From NCBI GenBank assembly GCA_035281625.1, contig DATEDO010000238.1, positions 35-64,034 on the forward strand: a stretch of DNA of 64,000 nt. Direction: 5' to 3'. Within the stretch, counting starts at the first letter, position 1; the number at the start of each line of letters is the position of its first letter. A model generated the notes under the pieces. That model was not told where the DNA came from. It was given only the letters and a program-made list of their open reading frames with translations, and searched no databases. Source of the stretch: Candidatus Methylomirabilota bacterium. Its GTDB lineage: Bacteria; Methylomirabilota; Methylomirabilia; Rokubacteriales; CSP1-6. The position numbers and the translations under genes are program-made. Positions 19,897 through 31,367 of the stretch are shown piece by piece.

Positions 19897-20637
19897 ATGA
19901 CGACCACACCGTCCGCCGCCGCCAAGTCCGAGCTGACGCCGACCGGAACGCTCCGGGTCGGCCTGAACCACGGTAATTTCCTTCTCGTCACCCCGGGCTC
20001 GTCCGCGACGGACCCGAAGGGCGTGGCGCCGGACATCGCGCGCGAGCTCGCCCGGCGGCTCGGTGTGGCCATCGAGTTCAGCAAGTTCGACACCGCGGGC
20101 AAGCTGGGCGACGCGGTGCGCGAGGGCGTGTGGGACGTGGCGTTCCTGGGAGCGGAGCCCCAGCGCGCAGCGGAGATCGCCTTCACCGCCGCGTACCTCG
20201 AGATTCCCGCGACCTACCTCGTGCCCGCGGGATCACCCATTCAATCCGTCGCGGAGGTGGACCGCCCGGGCGTGCGCATCGCGGTGGCCGACAAGAGCGC
20301 CTACGAGCTCTGGCTCTCCCGCAACATCAAGCACGCCACGCTCATGAAGACGCAGGGCATCGACGCCTCGTTCGACCTCTTCGTGAAGGAGAAGCTCGAA
20401 GCGCTCTCGGGCCTCCGGCCCCGGCTCATCGCTGACGTGAAGAAGCTGCCCGGCGCGCGCATCCTCGACGGCGTGTTCACCGCCGTCCAGCAGGCCGTCG
20501 GCACCGCGAAGAAGAACACCGCGGCCGCGCCCTTCCTCGCCGCCTTCGTGGAGGACGTGAAGGCCTCGGGCTTCGTGGGCGAGGCGATCGCGCGCAACAA
20601 GTCCGAAGGCGTGAACGTCGCCCCGCCCGCCCGCTAG
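19897..20637 (+). CDS. family-3 (amino-acid/opine type) solute-binding domain protein, with no obvious signal peptide
   Basis: 246 aa from the internal ATG. PBP type 2 fold signature (LRVGLN...GVAPDIARELARRLGV..EF). No permease or ATPase genes adjacent. Confidence 0.65.
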   Translation: MTTTPSAAAKSELTPTGTLRVGLNHGNFLLVTPGSSATDPKGVAPDIARELARRLGVAIEFSKFDTAGKLGDAVREGVWDVAFLGAEPQRAAEIAFTAAYLEIPATYLVPAGSPIQSVAEVDRPGVRIAVADKSAYELWLSRNIKHATLMKTQGIDASFDLFVKEKLEALSGLRPRLIADVKKLPGARILDGVFTAVQQAVGTAKKNTAAAPFLAAFVEDVKASGFVGEAIARNKSEGVNVAPPAR

Positions 20638-20649
20638 CGCGGCCCGGCG

Positions 20650-21852
20650 CTACGCGCGCCGGTACCGCTCCGGCACGTCGAACTTGAAGAAGCGGGCGGC
20701 GTTGAGCCCCAGCACCTTCGCCCGGGCCACGTCCGAGAGTCCGCTCATCGTCCGCTCGATGGCCTCCGCGGAGTGCGGCCACGTGCCCTCGTGATGGGGG
20801 TAGTCGTTCCCCCACATGAAGCAATCGGTGAGGTTGAAGGGCTGCGCGAGCTGTAGCCCCACCGGGTCCTCCTGGAACGAGGCGAAGCCGTGCATGCGGA
20901 AGTACTCGCTGGGGAGGTGCTTGAGCTTGGGGCGGACCCAGAAGTGATGCTTCCGGTACGCCTCGTCCATGGCCTCGAGCGCCCACGGCAGCCAGCCGAT
21001 GCCGGCCTCGATGGTGGCGAAGCGCAGGCCGGGGAAGCGCTCGAGGAGCCCCGAGGCGCAGAAGTTGGCCACCGGCTCCACCGTCGGCGCCAGCGAGTGC
21101 GACACGTAGTTGATGACGGCGCCGCCGTTGCCGCGTGAGGCGCGCGGATCGCGCCCGGTGGAGATGTGGAAGGTGATGGGGAGCCCCGTGTCCTGGATGA
21201 CCGCCCACAGGGGATCGAACGCCGGCAGGTTGTAGTTGGCGTGGTCGATGTCGTGGGCGCCCCACACCGGCTTGCAGGGCAGGGTCAGCGCGCGAAAGCC
21301 CACCTTGGCCACGCGCTTCACCTCGGCGATGGAGCCCTCGAGATCGGCGGTGGCGATGGCGGCCACCGGTGAGAGGCGATCATTGTAGGGACCGAAGGTC
21401 TCCCACGCCCACTCGTTCCACACCCGGCACTGCGCCTGGGCGAACACGGCATCCGGCGTGGCCCACATCGAGAGGCCCTTGTTGGGAAAGATCACCTCGG
21501 CGTCGATGCCGTCCCGGTCGTGGTCGCGGAGGCGGTCCTTCGGGTCGGCGCCGGCGAGCTGGCGGAGGCGATCCTCGCCCTCCATCTCGTCCACGCGCAG
21601 CCGATCGGGGCGATGGCCCTCGGACACCCGCCACTTCACGCCCTTCTCGTCGACGATGACGCGGGGCAGGCGGTCGCGGTATTTCGCGTCGATGCGCTCG
21701 GCCCAGAGATTCGAAGGCTCGTTGGCGTGGCAGTCCGCGGAGACGATGAAGTACTTGTTGGGATCGGTCGGCCGCGCGGTGCGCGTCCAGCCGGCATGTC
21801 CGGGCGATTCCAGCCGCCACAGGTTCGGCGCATTGATCTCGATCTGGCTCAT
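20650..21852 (-). CDS. amidohydrolase_2 family protein
   Basis: 400 aa from ATG 21852, with GGAGG upstream. Has SADCHANEP, ITFHISTG and WGNDYPHHEG. It is the lower part of the 508-aa track ORF. Confidence 0.8.
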   Translation of the reverse strand: MSQIEINAPNLWRLESPGHAGWTRTARPTDPNKYFIVSADCHANEPSNLWAERIDAKYRDRLPRVIVDEKGVKWRVSEGHRPDRLRVDEMEGEDRLRQLAGADPKDRLRDHDRDGIDAEVIFPNKGLSMWATPDAVFAQAQCRVWNEWAWETFGPYNDRLSPVAAIATADLEGSIAEVKRVAKVGFRALTLPCKPVWGAHDIDHANYNLPAFDPLWAVIQDTGLPITFHISTGRDPRASRGNGGAVINYVSHSLAPTVEPVANFCASGLLERFPGLRFATIEAGIGWLPWALEAMDEAYRKHHFWVRPKLKHLPSEYFRMHGFASFQEDPVGLQLAQPFNLTDCFMWGNDYPHHEGTWPHSAEAIERTMSGLSDVARAKVLGLNAARFFKFDVPERYRRA

Positions 21853-21863
21853 GTCGTGGCCTC

Positions 21864-22313
21864 CTAGGCGGTCTTCCAGTGAACGAGGCTGAAGGGAATC
21901 TTGGCGTCGTCGTGGGGCTCGAACACGGCCTCGACGGGCGCCCCGATGGTCACGTCCTGTCGCGGATCCCCGATCAGGTTGCCGAGCATGCGGATGCCGC
22001 CGGCCTCCGGCAGCTCCACCAGCACCACGATGTAGGGGCCATGGGTCTTGAGCGCGGGGTGCACGGGATGCCAGGCGCGCTCCCACGAATAGATGACGCC
22101 GCGGCCCGCCACGCGCTCCCAGCCCACCTCGAACGAGCGGCACGCGTGGCACATCCACTCCGGCCCCCACTGCCACGCCCGGCAGGACTGGCAGCGCTGC
22201 ACCCAGAGCTCGCGCCGACGCGTGCCCTCCCAGTAGGGCGTGTCGAGGCCGTCGGGCTCGGGCACCGGCGCCGGCAGCCCGGCGGGCAGGTAATAGGCGC
22301 GGGCGGTCGTCAC
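21864..22313 (-). CDS. DUF35 zinc-ribbon/OB-fold protein (thiolase or aldolase partner)
   Basis: 149 aa. GTG start overlaps the thiolase stop (GTGA). Has a CxxC..CxxC ribbon (CQSCRAWQWGPEWMCHAC) followed by an OB fold. Confidence 0.8.
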   Translation of the reverse strand: MTTARAYYLPAGLPAPVPEPDGLDTPYWEGTRRRELWVQRCQSCRAWQWGPEWMCHACRSFEVGWERVAGRGVIYSWERAWHPVHPALKTHGPYIVVLVELPEAGGIRMLGNLIGDPRQDVTIGAPVEAVFEPHDDAKIPFSLVHWKTA

Positions 22314-23491
22314 CGCGTGGCCTCCGCCCCCAGGATCAGGCTCGACACCGGCGTCACCATGGGCCCCGAGATCACCATGGACACGTCCGCGTCCGGCACC
22401 TGGGCGGTGGATTCGCCCCGGAGCTGGCGCACCGCCTCGATGATCAGCTCGAGCCCGTGCATGTAGCACTCGGCGAGGTTGCCGCCGCTGGTGTTCAGCG
22501 GCAGCCGCCCCGACGGGGCCAGGAGATTCTCGACCACGAGGAAATCGTTGGCCTCGTCCGCGGTGAAGAAGCGGTGCTCCACCAGGCTCATGAGGACACC
22601 GCCGGTGAAGTTCTCGTAGCTCTGCACCACGTCCACGTCGGCGGGGCCGAGGTCGGCCATCTCGTAGAGCTGCGGCGCCACCGTGGTGAAGGACGACGTG
22701 GCGTAGAGCGGCGCGTTGTGCACGCGCGCGGCGTTCCGGTGCTCCGAGCCCTGCGCGGCCCCGAGGAGATAGGCCGGGCGGGGCCTGAGATCGCGCGCCC
22801 GCTCCGCGGAGACGATCACCAGCGCGGCGGCCCCGTCGTTCTCCATGCAGCAGTCGAAGAGCCGGAAGGGCTCCACGATCCAGCGCGAGGCGTCGTACGC
22901 CTCGGCGGTCAGCGGGCGGCCGTGCATGATTGCCCGTGGGTTTGTCTGCGCGTGGTGATAAGAGGCCATTGCAATCGCCCGCTGTGCGTCGGCGCGAACG
23001 CCGTGCTCGTGCATGAAGCGCATCACGCGCATGGCGAAGCGCTGGGCGGGGGAGATGAGGCCGTAGGGGAAGGTCATGGCCTGCTCGCCCGATACCGTGG
23101 CCACGGGCGGCGCGGCGCCGAAGCGCTGGAACTGACCCTGGGCGAGGGCGCGGAACACCACCACGCAGTCGGCGATCCCGCCGGCCACCGCCGCCGCGGC
23201 ATTGGCCACCGCCGCCGCGCCGCCGCCCCCGCCGCCGCCCCATTGCATGTTGGAGAAGCGCAGCGCGGGCAGCCCGAGCGCCGCGGCGATGCGCGAGGGA
23301 TCGTTCCGGTCATTGCTGTAGGACGCGAAGCCGTCCACCTGCCGCGGGTCGATGCCGGCGTCGGCGCATGCGGCGAGGATGGCCCGCAGCGCCAGCTTGA
23401 ACTCCGACTCCGGCGCCTGCCCGTGCTTGTAGTACGCGGTCTCGCCGATGCCGGCGATGGCCGCCTTGCCCCGTAGCGTGCGCTCTTTCAT
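22310..23491 (-). CDS. thiolase-like protein, SCP-x / nonspecific lipid-transfer type
   Basis: 393 aa. N-terminus AAIAGIGETAYYKHG, a Gly-rich loop and C-terminal NTSGGNLAECYMHG are typical of SCPx-type thiolases that pair with DUF35. Confidence 0.85.
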   Translation of the reverse strand: MKERTLRGKAAIAGIGETAYYKHGQAPESEFKLALRAILAACADAGIDPRQVDGFASYSNDRNDPSRIAAALGLPALRFSNMQWGGGGGGGAAAVANAAAAVAGGIADCVVVFRALAQGQFQRFGAAPPVATVSGEQAMTFPYGLISPAQRFAMRVMRFMHEHGVRADAQRAIAMASYHHAQTNPRAIMHGRPLTAEAYDASRWIVEPFRLFDCCMENDGAAALVIVSAERARDLRPRPAYLLGAAQGSEHRNAARVHNAPLYATSSFTTVAPQLYEMADLGPADVDVVQSYENFTGGVLMSLVEHRFFTADEANDFLVVENLLAPSGRLPLNTSGGNLAECYMHGLELIIEAVRQLRGESTAQVPDADVSMVISGPMVTPVSSLILGAEATR

Positions 23492-23501
23492 GCGCGGGCC
23501 G

Positions 23502-24290
23502 TCACTTCACGAAGTCCGCGACCATGCGCGCCACCGCCTGGGGCTGCTCGGCCTGCGGGGCATGGCCCGCGTCCGCCACGGTCTGGAGCCGCGCGCCCGG
23601 GATTCGTTGGGTGAACTCGTCCGCGTACACCGGTGGCAGGATGCGATCGTCCTTGCCCCACACGAGCAGCGTGGGCGCGGTCACGCGGTGGATGCGCTTC
23701 TTGAGGCCCTTGTCGGGAATGGGCCAGAGGAACTTGCCCGTGGCGCCCATGGCCCACATGAGCTTGACGCGCGCGGCCGCCGCCGCGTCGGGCGGCTCGG
23801 CGGGGCCGATCAGCTGCCGGGCCGCCTCGCCCTTGGGATCACGGAAGACGTAAGCCGGCATGTCGACGGGATTCACCATCATCCAGTTCTTCACCGGCTC
23901 GGCGTCGCGCCAGAACCCGAGCGGCGCGATGAGGGCCAGGCGCTTCACCCGACGCGGATAGGCCGCCGCGATCTCGCACGCCACCATGCCGCCGAACGAG
24001 TGGCCCACCATCGCCACCTCGTCGAGCTTGAGCGCGGTCAAGAGCTCCTCGTGGCAGAGGACGAGATCCCACAGATTGTCGAGATGATAGATGTCGTCGT
24101 GCGCGCTCGGCGCGGTGCCCGGATGCTCGGGCGCGTACACCGTGAAGGACTCGGCCAGGGCCTGGAGGAAGGGATCCCAGGTGAGGCCCCACGGCCCGTG
24201 GTAGTAGACGAGCGGCGGGCCCGCCCCGTCCGAGATGACGCGCATGCGCACGCGGTTCTGCCAGACCGAGAGCGTCTGCTCGCGCTTCAT
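23502..24290 (-). CDS. alpha/beta hydrolase (meta-cleavage-product/C-C hydrolase-like)
   Basis: 262 aa. ATG overlaps the LLM stop (ATGA). GxSxG motif GHSFGG and a C-terminal DAGHAPQ catalytic His region. Confidence 0.8.
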   Translation of the reverse strand: MKREQTLSVWQNRVRMRVISDGAGPPLVYYHGPWGLTWDPFLQALAESFTVYAPEHPGTAPSAHDDIYHLDNLWDLVLCHEELLTALKLDEVAMVGHSFGGMVACEIAAAYPRRVKRLALIAPLGFWRDAEPVKNWMMVNPVDMPAYVFRDPKGEAARQLIGPAEPPDAAAAARVKLMWAMGATGKFLWPIPDKGLKKRIHRVTAPTLLVWGKDDRILPPVYADEFTQRIPGARLQTVADAGHAPQAEQPQAVARMVADFVK

Positions 24291-25540
24291 GCCCGGCTCG
24301 CCGCGCCCGCGGGCGCCGCGGCGGGCGCCGCCTCGCGGAGCCCGGCCGGCCACCAGTGATTCACCCAGCCCTCGTCGTTCCAGCAGCCGCGCAATTCCGG
24401 CAGCACCTTCTTGGCGAACAGATCCATGTTCTCGAGCGTCAGCTCGTGCGGCATGGAGCCGATCTGGAGCAGCACCATGAGATTGCCCACGTTGAGGCCC
24501 TTCACGACCTCTTCCTTCAGGCGGTCGCGCACCGTGGCCGGGCTGCCCGAGATCACGTAGCCCTTCTCCACGAAGTCGCGATACGTGAGCGTCTTCGGAT
24601 CCACGGCGTGGCGAATGGGCTTGGCCACCGCGGACACGAGGCTCCGGTAATCCTGATTGCCCGGCGGCGAGAGGTACTGGGGCGGCCAGTGCAGGCACTT
24701 GTGATAGAAGTACTCGACGTGCTTGGCGTACTTCTCCTCGGCCTTGGAGTCCGTCTCCGCCACGGTGACGAGCTGGAGGAAGCCCGCGCGATACGGGTTG
24801 GCGTCCTTCCCGCGATCCGTCACCACCTGCCAGTAGCCGTCCATCATCGACTTCGCCGCCTTCGCCCCCGAGTAGGAGAGGAAGCAGTAGCAGACATTGT
24901 GCTCGACGGCGAAGTCGAAGGTGCTGATGCTGCCCGACCCCGGCACCCATACCGGCGGATGCGGCTGCTGGATGGGCCTCGGCCAGAGGTTCACGTTGGC
25001 GAGCTGGAAGTAGCGCCCGTTCCAGGCGAAGATCTCGCGCGACTGCCAGGCCTTCAGCGTGAGCGCGAAGGCCTCGCGGTAGCGCTCGCGATGCTCCATG
25101 GGGGTGATGCCGTAGCAGAAGTTCACGTCCATGGGGCTGCCGAGCGGCAGGCCGGCCACGAGCCGCCCGCCGCTGATGCAGTCGAGCATGGCGTACTCCT
25201 CGGCCACGCGGATCGGGGGGTTCGACGTGGGCAGAGTCGCGCCCATCTGCACGATGGCGACGTTCGACCCGTTCGTGGCTTTTGCCATCACCGCGCCCAT
25301 GATGTTCGGGCTCGGCATGAAGCCGTAGGCGTTCTGGTGATGCTCGTTGGTGCAGACGCCGTCGAAGCCCGCGCGCGCCGCGAAGAGCAGCTCGTCGAGC
25401 GTCCAGTTGTAGTACTGGCCCACGCGCGTCGGCTCGGCCAGCTCGTGCCACGGCGGCGTCACCCATACCGACTCGTACGTCTTCTCGAAGTCCTGGGGCA
25501 GCTCCCGGTGCGGCATCAGGTGGAACGCGCTGATCTTCAT
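24287..25540 (-). CDS. LLM-class flavin-dependent oxidoreductase (long form)
   Basis: 417 aa. Has FDGVCTNEHHQNAYG and IVQMGATLP, typical of luciferase-like monooxygenases. Confidence 0.8.
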   Translation of the reverse strand: MKISAFHLMPHRELPQDFEKTYESVWVTPPWHELAEPTRVGQYYNWTLDELLFAARAGFDGVCTNEHHQNAYGFMPSPNIMGAVMAKATNGSNVAIVQMGATLPTSNPPIRVAEEYAMLDCISGGRLVAGLPLGSPMDVNFCYGITPMEHRERYREAFALTLKAWQSREIFAWNGRYFQLANVNLWPRPIQQPHPPVWVPGSGSISTFDFAVEHNVCYCFLSYSGAKAAKSMMDGYWQVVTDRGKDANPYRAGFLQLVTVAETDSKAEEKYAKHVEYFYHKCLHWPPQYLSPPGNQDYRSLVSAVAKPIRHAVDPKTLTYRDFVEKGYVISGSPATVRDRLKEEVVKGLNVGNLMVLLQIGSMPHELTLENMDLFAKKVLPELRGCWNDEGWVNHWWPAGLREAAPAAAPAGAASRA

Positions 25541-25556
25541 CGATCTCTCCTGGCGG

Positions 25557-26306
25557 CTAGACGCCGCGGGCGGGCGCAGCGAAGAGCTGCACCGTGTAGC
25601 GGTAGCGCTCGGGGTGATAGCGGATGATGTCGGTCTTCACCGGCATGCCCTCGACGGTGAAGTAGGTGCGCACGACCTTGAGGAGCGGCGCCCGCGGCTT
25701 CACGCCGAGGTAGCCGGCCACCGCGCGGTCGGCGATGACGGGCTCCACCGTCTGATGAGCACTCGTGATTCGACGCCCCAGCCGCCGCTCGATGGCGCGG
25801 AGGACCGGCACATGGGCCTGGAGGTCCGCGTCGGCGAAGAGCGCGCTCACCGCCGCGGGGAGGAAGTACTCCGCGTGGGCGAAGGGCTCGCCCTCGGAGT
25901 AGGCGACGGCCTCGAGGCGCCGCACCCGCTCGCCCGCGGCCAGGCCCAGCGCCTGGATCACCAGCGGCGAAGGGCGCACCTCGGCGGTGGACAGGAGCTT
26001 CAGCGAGAGATTGGCGCCGTAGGACAGGGCCTCGTCCAGCGAGCCGGTGAGGGCCACCGACTTCACCGGAGCCTCCACCACGAAGGTGCGTACGCCGCGC
26101 CGCCGCGAGATGAGCCGCTCGTCGGCGAGGGCGTCGAGGGCCCGGCGCACGGTGATGCGACTGACTCCATATTGCTCGCACAGCTCCATCTCGGTGGGGA
26201 GCGGGGTGGCCGGCCCGAACTCCCCCGCCCGGATCCGGTCCACCAGGTGCTGGTGGAGCTGGAAGTAGAGGGACCCCGACCCCGGCTCGAGCCTGTGGAC
26301 GGCCAT
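25557..26306 (-). CDS. GntR family transcriptional regulator, HutC subfamily (UTRA effector domain)
   Basis: 249 aa from ATG 26306. Winged HTH LPTEMELCEQYGVSRITVRRALDALADERLI followed by a UTRA-like C-terminus. First gene of the minus-strand operon. Confidence 0.85.
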   Translation of the reverse strand: MAVHRLEPGSGSLYFQLHQHLVDRIRAGEFGPATPLPTEMELCEQYGVSRITVRRALDALADERLISRRRGVRTFVVEAPVKSVALTGSLDEALSYGANLSLKLLSTAEVRPSPLVIQALGLAAGERVRRLEAVAYSEGEPFAHAEYFLPAAVSALFADADLQAHVPVLRAIERRLGRRITSAHQTVEPVIADRAVAGYLGVKPRAPLLKVVRTYFTVEGMPVKTDIIRYHPERYRYTVQLFAAPARGV

Positions 26307-26313
26307 GGTGGAC

Positions 26314-26327
26314 CTTGTTATAACAAG
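26314..26327. promoter_or_regulatory. perfect 14-bp palindrome CTTGTTATAACAAG, a candidate GntR/HutC operator
   Basis: Read directly. It sits in the 27-bp spacer between the divergent GntR (26306) and MmcQ (26334) start codons. It contains the GT-N-AC symmetric core typical of GntR-family operators. Confidence 0.45.
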
Positions 26328-26333
26328 TGTCCT

Positions 26334-29003
<2,670 letters not shown>

Positions 29004-29052
29004 CCGCTCGCCGCCGTCTACGTGATCCGCAACCCGGACACGCTCCCGCGCC

Positions 29053-29436
29053 CTACAGGCGCGTGACGTTCGCCGCCACGCACACCCAGCGGCCGCCCCG
29101 CCGCGCCCACACGTCGGTGTAGCGCCCCGCGCCGGGCTGCCCGTCCGCCTTCACGTAGGTGGTGCGCGCGTGGATCAGGGCCACGTCGCCGAGCACCCGG
29201 ATCAGCACGTCCTCGATGGCGAGGTGCTTCACCGAGGAGCCGCGGCCGATCTGGGCGAGGAACGCCGCGCGGTCCAGCAGCGTGCAGTCCGGGTTGCTGT
29301 TCACGAAGTCGCCGGCGAGGTTCGCGTCGAACCAGCGCACATCCGCCTCGCTGACGGAGCGGATGTACTCGCGGTTGAGCGCCTCCAGGGTCGCCTCGTC
29401 GGTCGCGGTGGCCGTCGTGGTCGTCGTCATGGGCAT
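29053..29436 (-). CDS. NTF2-like / DUF4440 (SnoaL-like) protein
   Basis: 127 aa. C-terminal GRYTDVWARRGGRWVCVAANVT is typical of DUF4440. Paralogous to the next gene. Confidence 0.7.
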   Translation of the reverse strand: MPMTTTTTATATDEATLEALNREYIRSVSEADVRWFDANLAGDFVNSNPDCTLLDRAAFLAQIGRGSSVKHLAIEDVLIRVLGDVALIHARTTYVKADGQPGAGRYTDVWARRGGRWVCVAANVTRL

Positions 29437-29440
29437 GCCC

Positions 29441-29806
29441 TCAGCAGCGGGTGAAGTGAGCGGAGATGCAGAGCCACCGCCCGTTCCGCTTCTGCCAGAT
29501 GTCGGTGTAGCGGCCCCGGCCGTGGCTGCCGTCGGGGCGCGTGTCCTCGAAGGACGCGTGGATCAGGGCCGCGTCGGCCACGAGCTGGATCTGCACCTCG
29601 GGCGCGCGGAGATCGGTCATGGTGTGGGGCTCGGCGAAGCGCGCCAGGAAGCCCGCCTTGTCCACGAAGGAGCCGTCGGGGTTGGTGGCGCGGTAGTCCT
29701 CGCTGAGATGCTCCGCGTACCACGCCACGTCCCGCTTTTCCGCGGCGAGAAGATAGCCGCGGTTGAGCGCTTCCAGGGTCTCCCGATCCTCGGTCTGCGA
29801 CGCCAT
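29441..29806 (-). CDS. NTF2-like / DUF4440 (SnoaL-like) protein
   Basis: 121 aa from the internal ATG, preceded by AGGAGGAAA. Has GRYTDIWQKRNGRWLCISAHFT. Tandem paralog of 29053..29436. Confidence 0.7.
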   Translation of the reverse strand: MASQTEDRETLEALNRGYLLAAEKRDVAWYAEHLSEDYRATNPDGSFVDKAGFLARFAEPHTMTDLRAPEVQIQLVADAALIHASFEDTRPDGSHGRGRYTDIWQKRNGRWLCISAHFTRC

Positions 29807-29906
29807 GGTGATTTCCTCCTTTCGCCGTCGTTCGACGGAGGCTATCCTAGCCCCGACCCTGGCCCTATGAAAGAGCCAGTTCTGGACGGTTTGAAGGAGC
29901 CAGATC

Positions 29907-31367
29907 ATGCTGCTCAATCTTCGGGAAGCGAGCGGGCCGCTCTATCGCCGCGTGTACCACGCGCTCAAGTTGAAGATCCGCGCGGGGGGCCTCGGGCCCG
30001 CCGCGCGGCTGCCATCGTCGCGGGCGCTCGCCCGCGACCTGCGCGTCTCGCGCAACACCGTCACGCTCGCCTACGAGCAGCTCGCCGCCGAGGGCTATCT
30101 GGTGAGCCGGCGCCGGGGCGCCACGTCTGTGGTCGGAGTGGCACCGAGTCCCGCTACTGCCCCCCGCCCGAGCCGCGCTCCCGCCCGTCCCGAGACGCCC
30201 GCGCGGGTCTCCGCCTACGCGCGTCGCCTGACTGACCGCCTCCACGTCGGCCCCGAGCGACCGGGGCCGCGCCCAGCCCTCCGCTACGACTTCCGCTACG
30301 GGCGCCCCGGCGTGGACGAGTTCCCCCGCGAGATCTGGCGCCGCCTGCTCGCCGCCCATGCGCGCCGCGCCTCCTCCGACGCGCTCGGCTACGGCGCCCC
30401 GGTCGGCCATCGGCCCCTGCGCGAGGCGCTCAGCGAGTACCTCGGTCGGGCCCGCGGCGTGGTGAGCGACCCGGATCGCATCCTGATCGTCAACGGGACG
30501 CAGCAGGCGCTCGACTTGATCGCCCGCGTCTTGCTCGACCCCGGCGACGGCGCGGTGGTGGAGGAGCCCCACTATCCCGGCGCCACCATTCCCTTCGAGG
30601 CCGTGGGCGCGCGGCTCCTCCGGGTGCCCGTGGACGCGGGCGGCCTCGACACGGCCAAGCTGCCGGCCGCGGGCCAGCGCCCGCGCCTGGCCTATGTCAC
30701 CCCCTGCCATCAGTTCCCCACCGGCGTGATCATGCCGCTGGAGCGGCGGCTGGCGCTCCTCCGATGGGCCACCAAGATGGATGCATGGCTGGTCGAGGAC
30801 GACTACGTGAGCGAGTTCCGCTACGAGGGCCACCCGCTGGAGGCGCTCCAGTCACTGGGCCACGGCGAGCGAACCATCTATCTGGGCTCGTTCTCGAAGA
30901 CGCTGTTTCCGGCGCTCCGCGTGGGCTATCTCGTCCTGCCGCGGGCGCTCGTGCGGCCGTTCATGGCCGCCAAGTGGGCGGCGGACCGCTTCTCCGCCCC
31001 GCTCTATCAGCAGGCGCTGGCGGAGCTCATCAGCAGCGGCCAGTTCGAGCGCTACCTCCGCCGCGCGGGGGCGCGAAACGCCGCGCGCCGCCGCGCGCTG
31101 ATCGCGGCGCTGGCGGAGCATTTCGGGCCGCGCGTCGAGATCGCGGGGGAGAACACCGGCGTACACCTGGTCGTCTGGCTGAACGACGTGCGCCCGCGGG
31201 ACCTCGACGCGCTCATCGTCCGCGCGGCCAGGGCCGGCGTGGGCATCTACTCCGTGGCCCCCTCGTACGTGGAGCCCCCGCGGCGCGCGGGGCTCCTCTT
31301 CGGCTACGCCGCGCTCACCGAGGCCGAGATCCGCGCCGGGATCCGGCGGCTGGCGGAGATCGTCTAG
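29907..31367 (+). CDS. MocR/PdxR-type regulator (GntR wHTH fused to an aminotransferase-fold domain)
   Basis: 486 aa. N-terminal LPSSRALARDLRVSRNTVTLAYEQLAAEGYL, a Pro/Ala-rich linker, and a fold-type-I domain with the PLP-lysine motif SFSKTL. Confidence 0.85.
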   Translation: MLLNLREASGPLYRRVYHALKLKIRAGGLGPAARLPSSRALARDLRVSRNTVTLAYEQLAAEGYLVSRRRGATSVVGVAPSPATAPRPSRAPARPETPARVSAYARRLTDRLHVGPERPGPRPALRYDFRYGRPGVDEFPREIWRRLLAAHARRASSDALGYGAPVGHRPLREALSEYLGRARGVVSDPDRILIVNGTQQALDLIARVLLDPGDGAVVEEPHYPGATIPFEAVGARLLRVPVDAGGLDTAKLPAAGQRPRLAYVTPCHQFPTGVIMPLERRLALLRWATKMDAWLVEDDYVSEFRYEGHPLEALQSLGHGERTIYLGSFSKTLFPALRVGYLVLPRALVRPFMAAKWAADRFSAPLYQQALAELISSGQFERYLRRAGARNAARRRALIAALAEHFGPRVEIAGENTGVHLVVWLNDVRPRDLDALIVRAARAGVGIYSVAPSYVEPPRRAGLLFGYAALTEAEIRAGIRRLAEIV

